Shown here: positions 18,825-28,136 of the stretch, piece by piece
Layout: the number at the start of each line of letters is the position of its first letter
How positions within the stretch are numbered: the first letter of the stretch is position 1
Origin: Coriobacteriia bacterium
GTDB taxonomy: Bacteria; Actinomycetota; Coriobacteriia; Anaerosomatales; Kmv31
NCBI GenBank assembly: GCA_014859305.1
Contig: JACUUM010000004.1
Coordinates: 58-64,057, forward strand
Direction of reading: 5' to 3'
DNA: 64,000 nt
Notes under the pieces: model-generated
Seen by the model: the letters and a program-made list of their open reading frames with translations, nothing else
The model's database searches: none
What the model was told of the DNA's origin: nothing
Position numbers and translations under genes: made by a program

Positions 18825-20290
18825 GCGACTGGATGGTCCTGCTGCCCACCGGGCTGGTCCTGGCGGGCGCCGTCCTGGGTCTGACGCTGGACGCCGGGGA
18901 GCGCCGGCGCGCCGCCCTGGTCGTGATCGCGGCCGGCCTCGCCGCCGGCGCGACGGCGGCCTTCGTCCTGGCCGCCCGCGACACCGCGGTGCTGGGCTTC
19001 GACGCGTTCGGGTTCGTGCCGGCGCTATGGATGATCGCGGGGCTGGTCCACGCCCTGGCCGCTGTGGCCGTCCTGGGGGGCTACCGCGCGCTCAGCGCGG
19101 CGCCCAACGGGGGGCAGATGGCCGCCCTCGCGGCTCTGTCCGCGGCCGCCGCGGGCCTCCTGCCCGGCGTCGTCGACATAGTCGCGCTCGTCATACTGCT
19201 CGAGGCGGTCGCGCTCACCGGCTACGCGCTCGTGGCGGGCGCGCGCGGCCGGCGCTCCGACGAGGCCGCCATGAAGTACTTCATCCAGGGGGCGGTCGCC
19301 ACGGGGCTGCTGGTCTACGCGCTGGCCGTGCTGTACGGGACGCTGGGCAGCGGGCTGTCGTTGCCGGACATCGCGCGCGCGGTCGGCCCGGGCGACCGGG
19401 CGGCGCTCACCGCGTTCGCGCTCCTGCTCGCGGCCTTCGCGTTCAAGTTGGGCGCGTTCCCGTTCCACTCCTGGGCCCCCGACGCGTACGAGACCGCCCC
19501 GCCTTCGATGGCCTCGTTCCTGGCGAGCGGTCCGAAGCTCGCCGTGCTCGCGATCGCGTTCATCATGTTCCCGGTGGTCTTCTCCGGGGAACCGTTCGAC
19601 GGGCCGGCGCTGTGGATGCTGGGGGCGCTCGCCGTGGCGTCGATCGTCTTCGGGAACCTGGGGGGGCTGAAGCAGACGTCGTACGCGCGGATGCTCGCGT
19701 ACTCCGGCATCGCGCAGGTGGGCTACGCGCTCGTCGGGCTCACCGTGATGCACCTCGTGGGGTTGCCGAACTCGGTCCCGGTGTACCTGCTCGGCTCGAT
19801 GTACGCGGTCGCGGCCGCCGGCGCCTTCCTCGCGGCCCAGGCGTTCAGGGCGTCGGACCCCGCTTGGGACGGGACGATCGCCGGCCTGGCCGGCGCCGGC
19901 AAGCGCCGTCCGCTTCTGGCCGCCGCGGTCACGGTGTGCCTGCTCTCCCTCACGGGGATCCCGCTCACCGGCGGTTTCTGGGGCAAGTTCCTCGTCTTCG
20001 GGGGTGCCGTGACGACGGGCACGGCCTGGCTGGCCGTCGTCGGCGTCTTGGGGTCCGTCGTCTCGTTCGGGTACTACGGCGGCGCCATCCGCGCGATGTA
20101 CCTCGACGAGCCGCGCGTCCCCCCCGTGCCCGCCGCCGGGGCGGGCGAGGCCACCGCCGAGGGTGCTGTCGCGGACAGGACGGCCGAGGCGGCCGTGGTG
20201 GCGGTGGCTCTCGTCGTGGTCGCCGCAGGCGTGCTGCCGCTGTTCGACGGGCTGCGCTTCTTCACGCGATTCCTCGCGCTGCCGTTCTAG
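18821..20290 (+). CDS. nuoN: NADH-quinone oxidoreductase subunit N
   Basis: GTGA overlap with the nuoM stop. 489 aa: KYFIQGAVATG, FKLGAFPFHSWAPDAYETAP. The track ORF start at 18575 is a spurious extension. Confidence 0.9.
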   Translation: MSDWMVLLPTGLVLAGAVLGLTLDAGERRRAALVVIAAGLAAGATAAFVLAARDTAVLGFDAFGFVPALWMIAGLVHALAAVAVLGGYRALSAAPNGGQMAALAALSAAAAGLLPGVVDIVALVILLEAVALTGYALVAGARGRRSDEAAMKYFIQGAVATGLLVYALAVLYGTLGSGLSLPDIARAVGPGDRAALTAFALLLAAFAFKLGAFPFHSWAPDAYETAPPSMASFLASGPKLAVLAIAFIMFPVVFSGEPFDGPALWMLGALAVASIVFGNLGGLKQTSYARMLAYSGIAQVGYALVGLTVMHLVGLPNSVPVYLLGSMYAVAAAGAFLAAQAFRASDPAWDGTIAGLAGAGKRRPLLAAAVTVCLLSLTGIPLTGGFWGKFLVFGGAVTTGTAWLAVVGVLGSVVSFGYYGGAIRAMYLDEPRVPPVPAAGAGEATAEGAVADRTAEAAVVAVALVVVAAGVLPLFDGLRFFTRFLALPF

Positions 20291-20580
20291 CGTCGCCGCG
20301 CTTCGGCATCGGACCCGGGATCCGCCCCGAGAAAAGGGCGAGCCCCAAGGCCGGCACCTTGAGGCTCAGGGGTAAGGGGGCTGCCGAAGCAGCTCTCTAC
20401 GGGTCATTCTAATACCCGCTCATTCGGGAAAGCAAGTGACTTGTGAAGCTTTTCTCTTCGATATGAACGATCCTGCGCCCCATCCCTCAAGCGAGCTCCC
20501 CGCGAAGCGTGAGGCATCTCACAGTAGGCCGACGACCGGCGGTCAAGCGGCCTTCCGGCACTGCCGATAGAACCCCTGAC

Positions 20581-20838
20581 ATGATCATCTCGAACAGGCA
20601 GGCCCGCCTCGCGGCGAAGTACCTGCGGACGTCAGATCCAAGGGGCCGAGAGAGGGCCGAGCAGCCATCGCCCGCCGACGACGAACTGGTCGAGCGGCTG
20701 CGCCGAGAGCTGACAGAGCTCCCCGAGACGCGTGAGGACCGAGTGCGCCGGGGACGGGCCCTGCTGGACATGATGCCCTCGGCTGCCGACGTGGCCCGCA
20801 AGATACTCTCGCGCATCGTCTCGGACTCGCTGCGCTGA
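20581..20838 (+). CDS. hypothetical small protein, possibly FlgM-like anti-sigma factor
   Basis: GC3-rich frame. The 85-aa product has a disordered N-terminus and a C-terminal helix pair (EDRVRRGRALLD...SAADVARKILSRIVSD) that resembles the FlgM C-terminal domain. The similarity is judged from memory and is weak. Confidence 0.4.
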   Translation: MIISNRQARLAAKYLRTSDPRGRERAEQPSPADDELVERLRRELTELPETREDRVRRGRALLDMMPSAADVARKILSRIVSDSLR

Positions 20839-20957
20839 GGGCGTCTGCCGCGAGCCGACTCCCGCGACCGTCAGACCGACACGGACCGCCGCCGCTTCTG
20901 GCGCGAGTGCCCAGGTAGCGGCATAATCCGCTCATAGGCGCATCGACGGAGGGACGA

Positions 20958-21242
20958 ATGGCCGGCAGACCCGTCCGCACGCTCATCACGGTCGTCATGG
21001 ACATCCTCGTGGTGGTCGCCGTGGCCCTCACGATCCACCTCGTCGTGGGGTTCTTCGGCACGATCGCCCAGCAAGAGTGGGCACGCGCCCTCCTCGGCCT
21101 GACGAGATGGCTGGTGCTGCCGCTGGGGTTGGAACCCGTTGAGACGCCCTACGGCGGGGTGTTCGACGTGGACGCGACCGTCTCCATCGTCGCCGTGCTC
21201 ATCGGCGAGTGGGTGCTGTCGATCGTGCGAAGGCAGGCGTGA
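20958..21242 (+). CDS. hypothetical small membrane protein
   Basis: SD GGAGGGA lies before the ATG. 94 aa with predicted TM helices (LITVVMDILVVVAVALTIHLVVGFF; VSIVAVLIGEWVLSIV). It sits immediately upstream of the ATPase gene. Confidence 0.55.
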   Translation: MAGRPVRTLITVVMDILVVVAVALTIHLVVGFFGTIAQQEWARALLGLTRWLVLPLGLEPVETPYGGVFDVDATVSIVAVLIGEWVLSIVRRQA

Positions 21243-21249
21243 CCCGCCG

Positions 21250-22953
21250 ATGAGCGTCCGCGGCAGGCGCGAGCGGGAGGACGCCGGGGACCGCGCGCAC
21301 GGCCGGGAGCGCCTGGGGGAGCTGCTGGTGCGCTCCGGCGTGGTGACCGCCGTGGCCCTCGAGGACGCGCTGGACGTGCAGCGCCGCGAGGGCGGGAAGC
21401 TCGGGGCCGTGCTGGTGCGCCTGGGCATGACCACCGAGGAGCGCATCGCCGAGACGCTCGCGCGCCAGAAGGGGCTCGAGCACGTCGACCTGAGCGTGCG
21501 GAGGATCGACCGCGCCGCCGCGAGCCTTCTGCCCGAACGGCTGGCCCGACGTCACGGGATCATCCCGATCGGCATGGAGGACGGGAGGCTCGTGCTGGCG
21601 ATGGCCGACCCGCTCGACATCGCCTCGATAGACGACACGGAGCTGCGCACGGGCCACAAGGTCCGGCCGGTCGTGGCGACAGCGAGCCAGATCCGGCGCG
21701 CCGTCGACCGGTTCCTCACCTCCAACGACGTCTTCCTCGCCGCGGAGGACGAGCCTGCCGCGCCGCCGCCCGAGGACGAGGTCGCGGCAGGCGAGGACGT
21801 GCCCATCGTCAGGCTGGTCAACCAGCTCATCCGCGACGCGGTACGGGAGGGCGCGACGGACATACACGTGGAGCCGATGGAGCGCTCCGTGCGGATCCGC
21901 TACCGCGTCGACGGCGTGATGCACGAGGTCACTCAGCTGCCCTCCTCGGCGCGTCCCGGCGTCACCAGCAGGTTGAAGATCATGGCCGAGATGGACATCG
22001 CGGAGCGCCGTCTGCCCCAGGACGGGCGGATCGGCATCACCCTCGAGGGGCGTCGGGTGGACATGCGGGTGGCGACCCTGCCCACGCCCTACGGCGAGAG
22101 CGTCGTGATACGGCTGCTCGACACGGACGGCACAGCGAGGTCGCTGGAGGACCTCGGCATGTCCGCGCAGCAGTTGGACGTGGTCCGGGGGTTCCTCGGC
22201 CGGCCGCACGGGGTGGTGCTGCTCACCGGACCGACGGGGTCGGGCAAGACGACCACGCTGTACGCGGCCCTGAACATCCTCAACGTCGCCGAGCGGAAGA
22301 TCTTCACGGTGGAGGATCCCATCGAGTACCGCATGGAGGGCCTCACGCAGATGGCGGTCCATCCTCGCATCGGGCTGACGTTCGCGGCAGGGCTGCGCAC
22401 CATCCTGCGCAGCGACCCGGACGTCGTGATGATCGGGGAGATCCGGGACCCGGAGACCGCCGAGATCGCGGTGCGCGCCGGGCTGACGGGCCACCTCGTG
22501 CTCTCCTCGCTGCACGCCAACGACGCTCCTTCGGCGCTCACGCGCCTCAACGATATCGGCGTGCCGCCCTACATCACCTCCTCGGCGCTGATCGGGATCG
22601 TCGCGCAGCGGCTGGCGCGCAAGCTGTGCGACGGCTGTAAGGCGCCGGCCCTCTTGGGCGCGGAGGAGCTGACCGCCGTCGGCTTCACGGCCGGCGAGGC
22701 GAAGAGGCTCCGGCCGCAGGCGGCAGTGGGGTGCGAGCGGTGCGCCGGCACGGGCTACAAGGGCCGGGTCGGGCTCTTCGAGGTGATGCGGGTGAGCGAC
22801 GAGCTGCGCCGGGAGTCGCTGCGCGACTCGCCCGCCGAGCGGCTGCGCGAGATCGCGCTGGCAGAGGGCATGCGGAGCCTGCGGCGCGACGCTCTGGACA
22901 AGGTGGCCGCGGGCGTGACGAGCATGGAGGAGATGGCGCGGGTGGTCGTGTGA
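21250..22953 (+). CDS. GspE/PilB-family secretion/pilus ATPase with N-terminal MshEN-type domain
   Basis: Motifs: T2SSE_N (RLGELLVRSGVVTAVALEDALDVQ), Walker A LLTGPTGSGKTTTLYA, Asp box, Walker B VVMIGEIRD, His box, and tetracysteine CDGC...CERCAGTGYKGR. Confidence 0.88.
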   Translation: MSVRGRREREDAGDRAHGRERLGELLVRSGVVTAVALEDALDVQRREGGKLGAVLVRLGMTTEERIAETLARQKGLEHVDLSVRRIDRAAASLLPERLARRHGIIPIGMEDGRLVLAMADPLDIASIDDTELRTGHKVRPVVATASQIRRAVDRFLTSNDVFLAAEDEPAAPPPEDEVAAGEDVPIVRLVNQLIRDAVREGATDIHVEPMERSVRIRYRVDGVMHEVTQLPSSARPGVTSRLKIMAEMDIAERRLPQDGRIGITLEGRRVDMRVATLPTPYGESVVIRLLDTDGTARSLEDLGMSAQQLDVVRGFLGRPHGVVLLTGPTGSGKTTTLYAALNILNVAERKIFTVEDPIEYRMEGLTQMAVHPRIGLTFAAGLRTILRSDPDVVMIGEIRDPETAEIAVRAGLTGHLVLSSLHANDAPSALTRLNDIGVPPYITSSALIGIVAQRLARKLCDGCKAPALLGAEELTAVGFTAGEAKRLRPQAAVGCERCAGTGYKGRVGLFEVMRVSDELRRESLRDSPAERLREIALAEGMRSLRRDALDKVAAGVTSMEEMARVVV

Positions 22954-24146
22954 CCCGTGCTGCCCGCGCGATCGTGCTCGTGCTGGACAGCGTGGGCGTC
23001 GGCGCCCTCCCCGACGCGGCGGACTACGGCGACGAGGGCGCCGACACCCTCGGCAACACGGCGCGCGCGGTGGGCGGCCTGCGCATGCCCAACCTCGGCG
23101 CGATGGGGCTGGGTAACCTGAGCGAGGTCCTCGGCGTTCCGCCCGTGCCGGCGCCGATAGGGTCATGGGGGCGCGCGCGGGAGCTCTCCCCGGGCAAGGA
23201 CACCACCACCGGGCACTGGGAGATGATGGGCGTGACGCTCGAGCGGCCCTTCCCGGTCTACCCGGACGGGTTCCCCGCCGAGGTGATGGAGGAGTTCTCG
23301 CGCGTCACCGGCCGGGGCTGGCTGGGCAACGAACCCGCCAGCGGGACCGAGATCATCCAGCGGCTGGGGGACGCCCACGTCGCAAGCGGCGACCCGATCG
23401 TGTACACCTCGGCGGACTCGGTCTTCCAGGTCGCGGCCCACGAGGGCGTGATCCCGGTCGAGGAGCTCTACGCGGTCTGCGAGGCGGCCAGGATGATGCT
23501 CGTCGGCGAGCACGCGGTGGGGAGGGTGATCGCGCGGCCCTTCGCCGGGCCGGATCCCGAAGGGCGCTATGTGCGCACGCACCGCCGCCGCGACTTCGCG
23601 CTGCCGCCGACGGGCCGCACCGCGCTGGACTCGCTGGCCGACGCCGGCGTCCCCGTGCACGGCATCGGAAAGATAGGCGAGATCTTCGCGTGGCGCGGCG
23701 TCCGGGAGTCCCCGCACGTCACCGACAACATGGACGCACTGGACAAGACGGTGGAGCGCGTCGCTTCCGAGGAGCCCGGGCTGGTCTTCGCGAACCTCGT
23801 CGACTTCGACATGCTGTGGGGCCATCGCAACGACGCGCCGGCCTACGCGGCGGGGCTCGAGGCCGTGGACGCGCGCATCCCGGAGCTGCTCGGCGCGATG
23901 GTGCCGGGCGACCTGCTCGTGGTCACGGCGGACCACGGCTGTGACCCGACGACGCCCTCGACCGACCACAGCCGCGAGCATGCGCCGCTGCTGGTCAAGG
24001 TGTCCGGCGTGGACGCGGGGGTAGACCTCGGCGTGAGGGAGACCTTCGCCGACGTCGGCGCGACGCTGCTGCACTTCTACGGCTCGAGCGAGAGGCCGGG
24101 CGGCGGGCGCTCGTTCCTCGGCGAGACGCTGGCGGCGCGACGGTGA
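22950..24146 (+). CDS. deoB: phosphopentomutase
   Basis: GTGA overlap with the ATPase stop. Motifs: IVLVLDSVGVGALPDA, TTGHWEMMG, VVTADHGCDPT. Confidence 0.88.
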   Translation: MTRAARAIVLVLDSVGVGALPDAADYGDEGADTLGNTARAVGGLRMPNLGAMGLGNLSEVLGVPPVPAPIGSWGRARELSPGKDTTTGHWEMMGVTLERPFPVYPDGFPAEVMEEFSRVTGRGWLGNEPASGTEIIQRLGDAHVASGDPIVYTSADSVFQVAAHEGVIPVEELYAVCEAARMMLVGEHAVGRVIARPFAGPDPEGRYVRTHRRRDFALPPTGRTALDSLADAGVPVHGIGKIGEIFAWRGVRESPHVTDNMDALDKTVERVASEEPGLVFANLVDFDMLWGHRNDAPAYAAGLEAVDARIPELLGAMVPGDLLVVTADHGCDPTTPSTDHSREHAPLLVKVSGVDAGVDLGVRETFADVGATLLHFYGSSERPGGGRSFLGETLAARR

Positions 24147-25468
24147 TGGGGAAGGGGCGAGCCGGCATGCCGACGATCGAGGAGCTCATCGCGCGGAAGC
24201 GGGACGGCGGAGGGCTCTCTGCGGAGGAACTGGACCGGTTGGTGCTGGGCTTCACCGCCGGCGAGGTGCCCGACTACCAGATGGCGGCCTGGCTGATGGC
24301 CGCGTGCATCCGGGGGCTGGACGCGGAGGAGACCGTGTGGCTGACGGATGCCATGGTGCGCTCCGGAGAGAGGGTGGACCTGTCCGCGCTGGGGCGGACG
24401 GTGCTGGACAAGCACTCCACGGGCGGTGTGGGCGACACCGTCACACTCGTGGTGGCGCCCCTGGTGGCCGCGTGCGGGGGTACCGTGGCGAAGGTGAGCG
24501 GACACGGCCTCGGGCACACGGGAGGTACCCTGGACAAGCTCGAGTCGATACCGGGGTTCCGGACGGCGCTGTCCATCGGCGAGTTCGTGCGCCAGGCCGA
24601 TGAGGTCGGCGTCGCGGTCATCGCCCAGTCGCCCGAGGTCGACCCGGCGGACGGGGCGATGTACGCGTTGCGCGACGTCACCGCCACGGTGCCGTCGATC
24701 CCGCTGATCGTCGCCTCGATAGTCAGCAAGAAGGTCGCCGGCGGCGCCGACGCCGTCCTGATCGACGTCAAGTCAGGCAGCGGCGCGTTCGCCAAGACCG
24801 GGGACGAGGCTCGAGCGCTCGCGCGGCAGCTCACGAGGGTCGGCGCGGCGCTCGGGCGCTGCATCCGGTGCGTGGTCTCGGACATGGACGAGCCCCTCGG
24901 CGCCGCCGTCGGCAACGCGCTCGAGGTCGCCGAGGCGGTCGCGACGATGCGCTCGGCGACCGGCCGGCTCGCCGAGGTATGCGTCGCCATCGCGGGGCGG
25001 ATGCTCGCGATGGGAGGCGGCGCGCCGACCGCCGCCGCCGGCGAGGCCTTGGCACGTGAGGCGCTGGCCGACGGACGGGCGCTGGAGGCGTTCAGGCGCT
25101 GGGTGCGGGCGCAGGGCGGCGACGAGGCCGTTGCCGAGGACCCCGCCGACGTCCTTCCTCGCGCACGCGAGCGCCGCGTGACGGGTGCGCCGCGGTCCGG
25201 GTACCTTTCCCGTATGGATGCCGAAGGCGTGGGGCGAGCCGCGGCGGCGCTGGGCGCGGGACGCACGACGAAGGACGCGGCCGTGGACCCCGGGGCCGGC
25301 ATCGTGCTGCACGCTCGGGTAGGGGAACCGGTATCGCGGGACGACCCGCTGGCGACCTTGCACGCGGCCGGTCCCGCGCTTCTGGACGAGGGGGAGCGGC
25401 GCCTGCTCGCCGCCGTGGGCGTCACCGATGACCGGCCGGAACCCAGGGCGCTGCTGACGGACGTGTAG
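24143..25468 (+). CDS. deoA: pyrimidine-nucleoside (thymidine) phosphorylase
   Basis: GTGA overlap with deoB (alternative ATG at 24167). Motifs: IARKRDG, DKHSTGGVGD, SGHGLGHTGGTLDKLESIPGF. Confidence 0.88.
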   Translation: MMGKGRAGMPTIEELIARKRDGGGLSAEELDRLVLGFTAGEVPDYQMAAWLMAACIRGLDAEETVWLTDAMVRSGERVDLSALGRTVLDKHSTGGVGDTVTLVVAPLVAACGGTVAKVSGHGLGHTGGTLDKLESIPGFRTALSIGEFVRQADEVGVAVIAQSPEVDPADGAMYALRDVTATVPSIPLIVASIVSKKVAGGADAVLIDVKSGSGAFAKTGDEARALARQLTRVGAALGRCIRCVVSDMDEPLGAAVGNALEVAEAVATMRSATGRLAEVCVAIAGRMLAMGGGAPTAAAGEALAREALADGRALEAFRRWVRAQGGDEAVAEDPADVLPRARERRVTGAPRSGYLSRMDAEGVGRAAAALGAGRTTKDAAVDPGAGIVLHARVGEPVSRDDPLATLHAAGPALLDEGERRLLAAVGVTDDRPEPRALLTDV

Positions 25469-25490
25469 ACCCCCTCCGAGGAGGAGCGCA

Positions 25491-28136
25491 GTGCAGGTCG
25501 TCGTCGGTCATGCGAACCCCGATCTCGACGCGTACGCCGCCACGGTGGCGGCCACCAAGCTGTTCCCTGGCTCCGTGGGCGTCTTCCTCGGCTCGCAGAA
25601 CGACAACGTGAGGGAGTTCCACAACCTGCACCAGGACTTCTTGAACTTCATCGAGCTCAAGGAGCTGGACCTGGACGCCGTGACGCGGCTGGTGATGGTG
25701 GACACGCGCGACGCGGGACGCATCGGCGAGCTGGGACGCGTGGCCACGAGGCCGGGAGTGGAGGTCGTCGTCTACGACCATCACCCGACCGGTCCGGGCG
25801 ACCTCGCCGGCGTCGAGGACCGCTCGAGGCTCGTGGGGGCCACGACGTCCATACTCGTGCACGAGATCCGGGGTCGCGGCGTGGCCCTCACGCCGCTGGA
25901 GGCCTCGGTCATGCTGCTCGGGATCCACGAGGACACGGGCTCCCTGACGTACCCGGGCTCCACGGCCTACGACGCCGACGCGGTGGCCTACCTGATGGCC
26001 GTCGGCGCCGACATGGAGGTGCTGAACCAGTTCCTGGTGCGCACGCTCACGCCCGCCCAGCAGGGGCTGCTCGACCGGCTGATCGCCTCTCTGGAGACGT
26101 GGCGGATCCACGGGCAGGAGGTCGTGGTCGGCCGCGCCCGGCTCGAGGAGTACGTCGATTCCGCGAGCGTGGTGACGCACTACATAGTCGAGGACATGGG
26201 ATACCGCGTGGCCTTCGCCGCGGTCGACATGCCGGACCGGCTGCACGTGGTGGGGCGAAGCCGCCTGACCGACGTGGACGTGGGGCGGGTCCTCGGGCAC
26301 CTGGGCGGGGGAGGCCACCCGCAGGCGGCCTCTGCGGCGCTGAAGGACGCCGACCTGGACGAGACGCTCGCCGAGCTGCGCCGCGCCCTGGAGACCGAGG
26401 TCCGCCCTCCACTGGCCGCCCGCGACATCCTCTCGGCGCCGGTGCGCACCGTGACGCCCGAGGAGACCATGCGGCAGGCCGGCGAGGTGATGGCGGCCTG
26501 GGGTCACGGAGGGCTGCCGGTCGTCGAGGAGGGACGGCTCGTCGGGCTCGTGACGCGCAAGGACTTCGACAAGGCGCGGCGCCACAAGCTCGACCACGCG
26601 CCGGTGAAGGGCTTCATGGCGCGCGACGTCGTGGCCGTCTCGCCCGAGACCGACCTCGGCGAGCTCGAGCGGCTGATGGCGCAGGCGGGCATCGGCCGGG
26701 TGCCGGTGGTGGAGGACGGGCGCCTCGTGGGGATCGTCACGCGCAAGGACCTGCTGCGCGCCGAGCACGGCGACGCGTACCTCGACCGGCGGCTCCCGCA
26801 GGCCACCGCCGAGTCGTCCCAGCGGTTCCTCGCATCCGTGGAAGACCTCCTGCCGACGGAGGCCCGCGAGAGCCTGCACGCGCTCGGGGAGGTGGCGGAC
26901 GACCTCGGCGTGCGCGCCTACGTGGTGGGCGGGTTCGTGCGCGACATGCTGCTCGGCCGGGCGAACCTGGACGTGGACGTGGTCGTGGAGGGCGACGGGG
27001 TGGCCTTCGGCGAGGAGGCCGGACGGCGACTCGGGCATCGGGTGCGGGCCCACCGCCGGTTCGGGACCGCCGTGCTGATTGTGTCGCGCGAGCTGCACGT
27101 CGACATCGCGAGCGCGCGCACCGAGTACTACACGCGTCCCGGCGCGCTGCCCACGGTGGAGCGCTCGTCGCTGCGACAGGACCTGCTGCGGCGCGACTTC
27201 TCGATCAACGCGATGGCGGCCTGCATCAACCCGGAGTGCTTCGGCGCGGTCGCCGACCCCTTCGGCGGCTATCGCGACGTTCGCCGCGGGGTCGTGCGAG
27301 TGCTGCACACGCTGTCGTTCGTCGAGGACCCCACGCGGGTGCTGCGCGCCGCTCGGTTCGAGGAGCGCTACGGGTTCCGCATGGATGCCCACACGGAGGC
27401 GCTCGCGCGCGAGGCGGTGCAGCTGGGGGTGCTCGAGGAGGTGAGCGGCGCGCGCGTGCGCGAGGAGCTGATGGATCTCATCGAGGAGCGGCCGGCCGAC
27501 CCGGCGTTCACGCGCCTGGCCGAGCTGGGCGCGTTGTCCGCGCTGCTGCCCGACGACGTGGAGCAGGAGCGGGCGGTGGAGTCCGTGCGAGCCGCCGAGG
27601 GGGCATACGCCGCGCTGGCGGAGGCGCTGCCCGCGCCGCCCAAGCGGCGTACGGCGCTGCTCGTGGCGCTGGGGGGCGCGGCGAGCGTGCGCGAGGCCGA
27701 CAAGTGGCTGCGGCGGCTGCGCCTGGGGCGCGAGCACACCCCTGCCGTCCGCGCCGCGTCGGAGCGCGGCCCCACCGTGCTGCGCCGCCTGAGGGACCGT
27801 CGCGGGATGCGCGACAGCAGGCTCAACGCGCTGCTCGCGCCGTTACCGCCCGAGACGCTCGTGTGGCTGCTCGTGACCGGCGACGAGGTCGTGCGGGAGC
27901 GCGTCACGCGATACGCCGCGGTCCTCGCGCACGTCCGGGCGGCCGTGACCGGCGACGATCTCGTGGCGATGGGCTTCGAACCGTCCTCGGCGTTCTCTGA
28001 TATCCTTGCGCAGGCCCTCGCGGACAGGCTGGACGAGCGCGCGGTGGGACGTGAGGCCGAACTGGAGAACCTGCGCAGGCTGGCGCTCAAGGCGGGCCTG
28101 AGACCGCGCGACCAGGAGACGTCCTCCCCCCGATGA
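25491..28136 (+). CDS. multidomain tRNA nucleotidyltransferase (CCA-adding / poly(A) polymerase family) with N-terminal DHH-DHHA1 and tandem CBS domains
   Basis: DHH part (VVGHANPDLDA, DHHP). Two CBS repeats (VMAAWGHGGLPVVEEGRLVGLVTRKD; MAQAGIGRVPVVEDGRLVGIVTRKD). PolyA_pol head (VGGFVRDMLLGRANLDVDVVV, RRDFSINAMA). Confidence 0.8.
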   Translation: MQVVVGHANPDLDAYAATVAATKLFPGSVGVFLGSQNDNVREFHNLHQDFLNFIELKELDLDAVTRLVMVDTRDAGRIGELGRVATRPGVEVVVYDHHPTGPGDLAGVEDRSRLVGATTSILVHEIRGRGVALTPLEASVMLLGIHEDTGSLTYPGSTAYDADAVAYLMAVGADMEVLNQFLVRTLTPAQQGLLDRLIASLETWRIHGQEVVVGRARLEEYVDSASVVTHYIVEDMGYRVAFAAVDMPDRLHVVGRSRLTDVDVGRVLGHLGGGGHPQAASAALKDADLDETLAELRRALETEVRPPLAARDILSAPVRTVTPEETMRQAGEVMAAWGHGGLPVVEEGRLVGLVTRKDFDKARRHKLDHAPVKGFMARDVVAVSPETDLGELERLMAQAGIGRVPVVEDGRLVGIVTRKDLLRAEHGDAYLDRRLPQATAESSQRFLASVEDLLPTEARESLHALGEVADDLGVRAYVVGGFVRDMLLGRANLDVDVVVEGDGVAFGEEAGRRLGHRVRAHRRFGTAVLIVSRELHVDIASARTEYYTRPGALPTVERSSLRQDLLRRDFSINAMAACINPECFGAVADPFGGYRDVRRGVVRVLHTLSFVEDPTRVLRAARFEERYGFRMDAHTEALAREAVQLGVLEEVSGARVREELMDLIEERPADPAFTRLAELGALSALLPDDVEQERAVESVRAAEGAYAALAEALPAPPKRRTALLVALGGAASVREADKWLRRLRLGREHTPAVRAASERGPTVLRRLRDRRGMRDSRLNALLAPLPPETLVWLLVTGDEVVRERVTRYAAVLAHVRAAVTGDDLVAMGFEPSSAFSDILAQALADRLDERAVGREAELENLRRLALKAGLRPRDQETSSPR

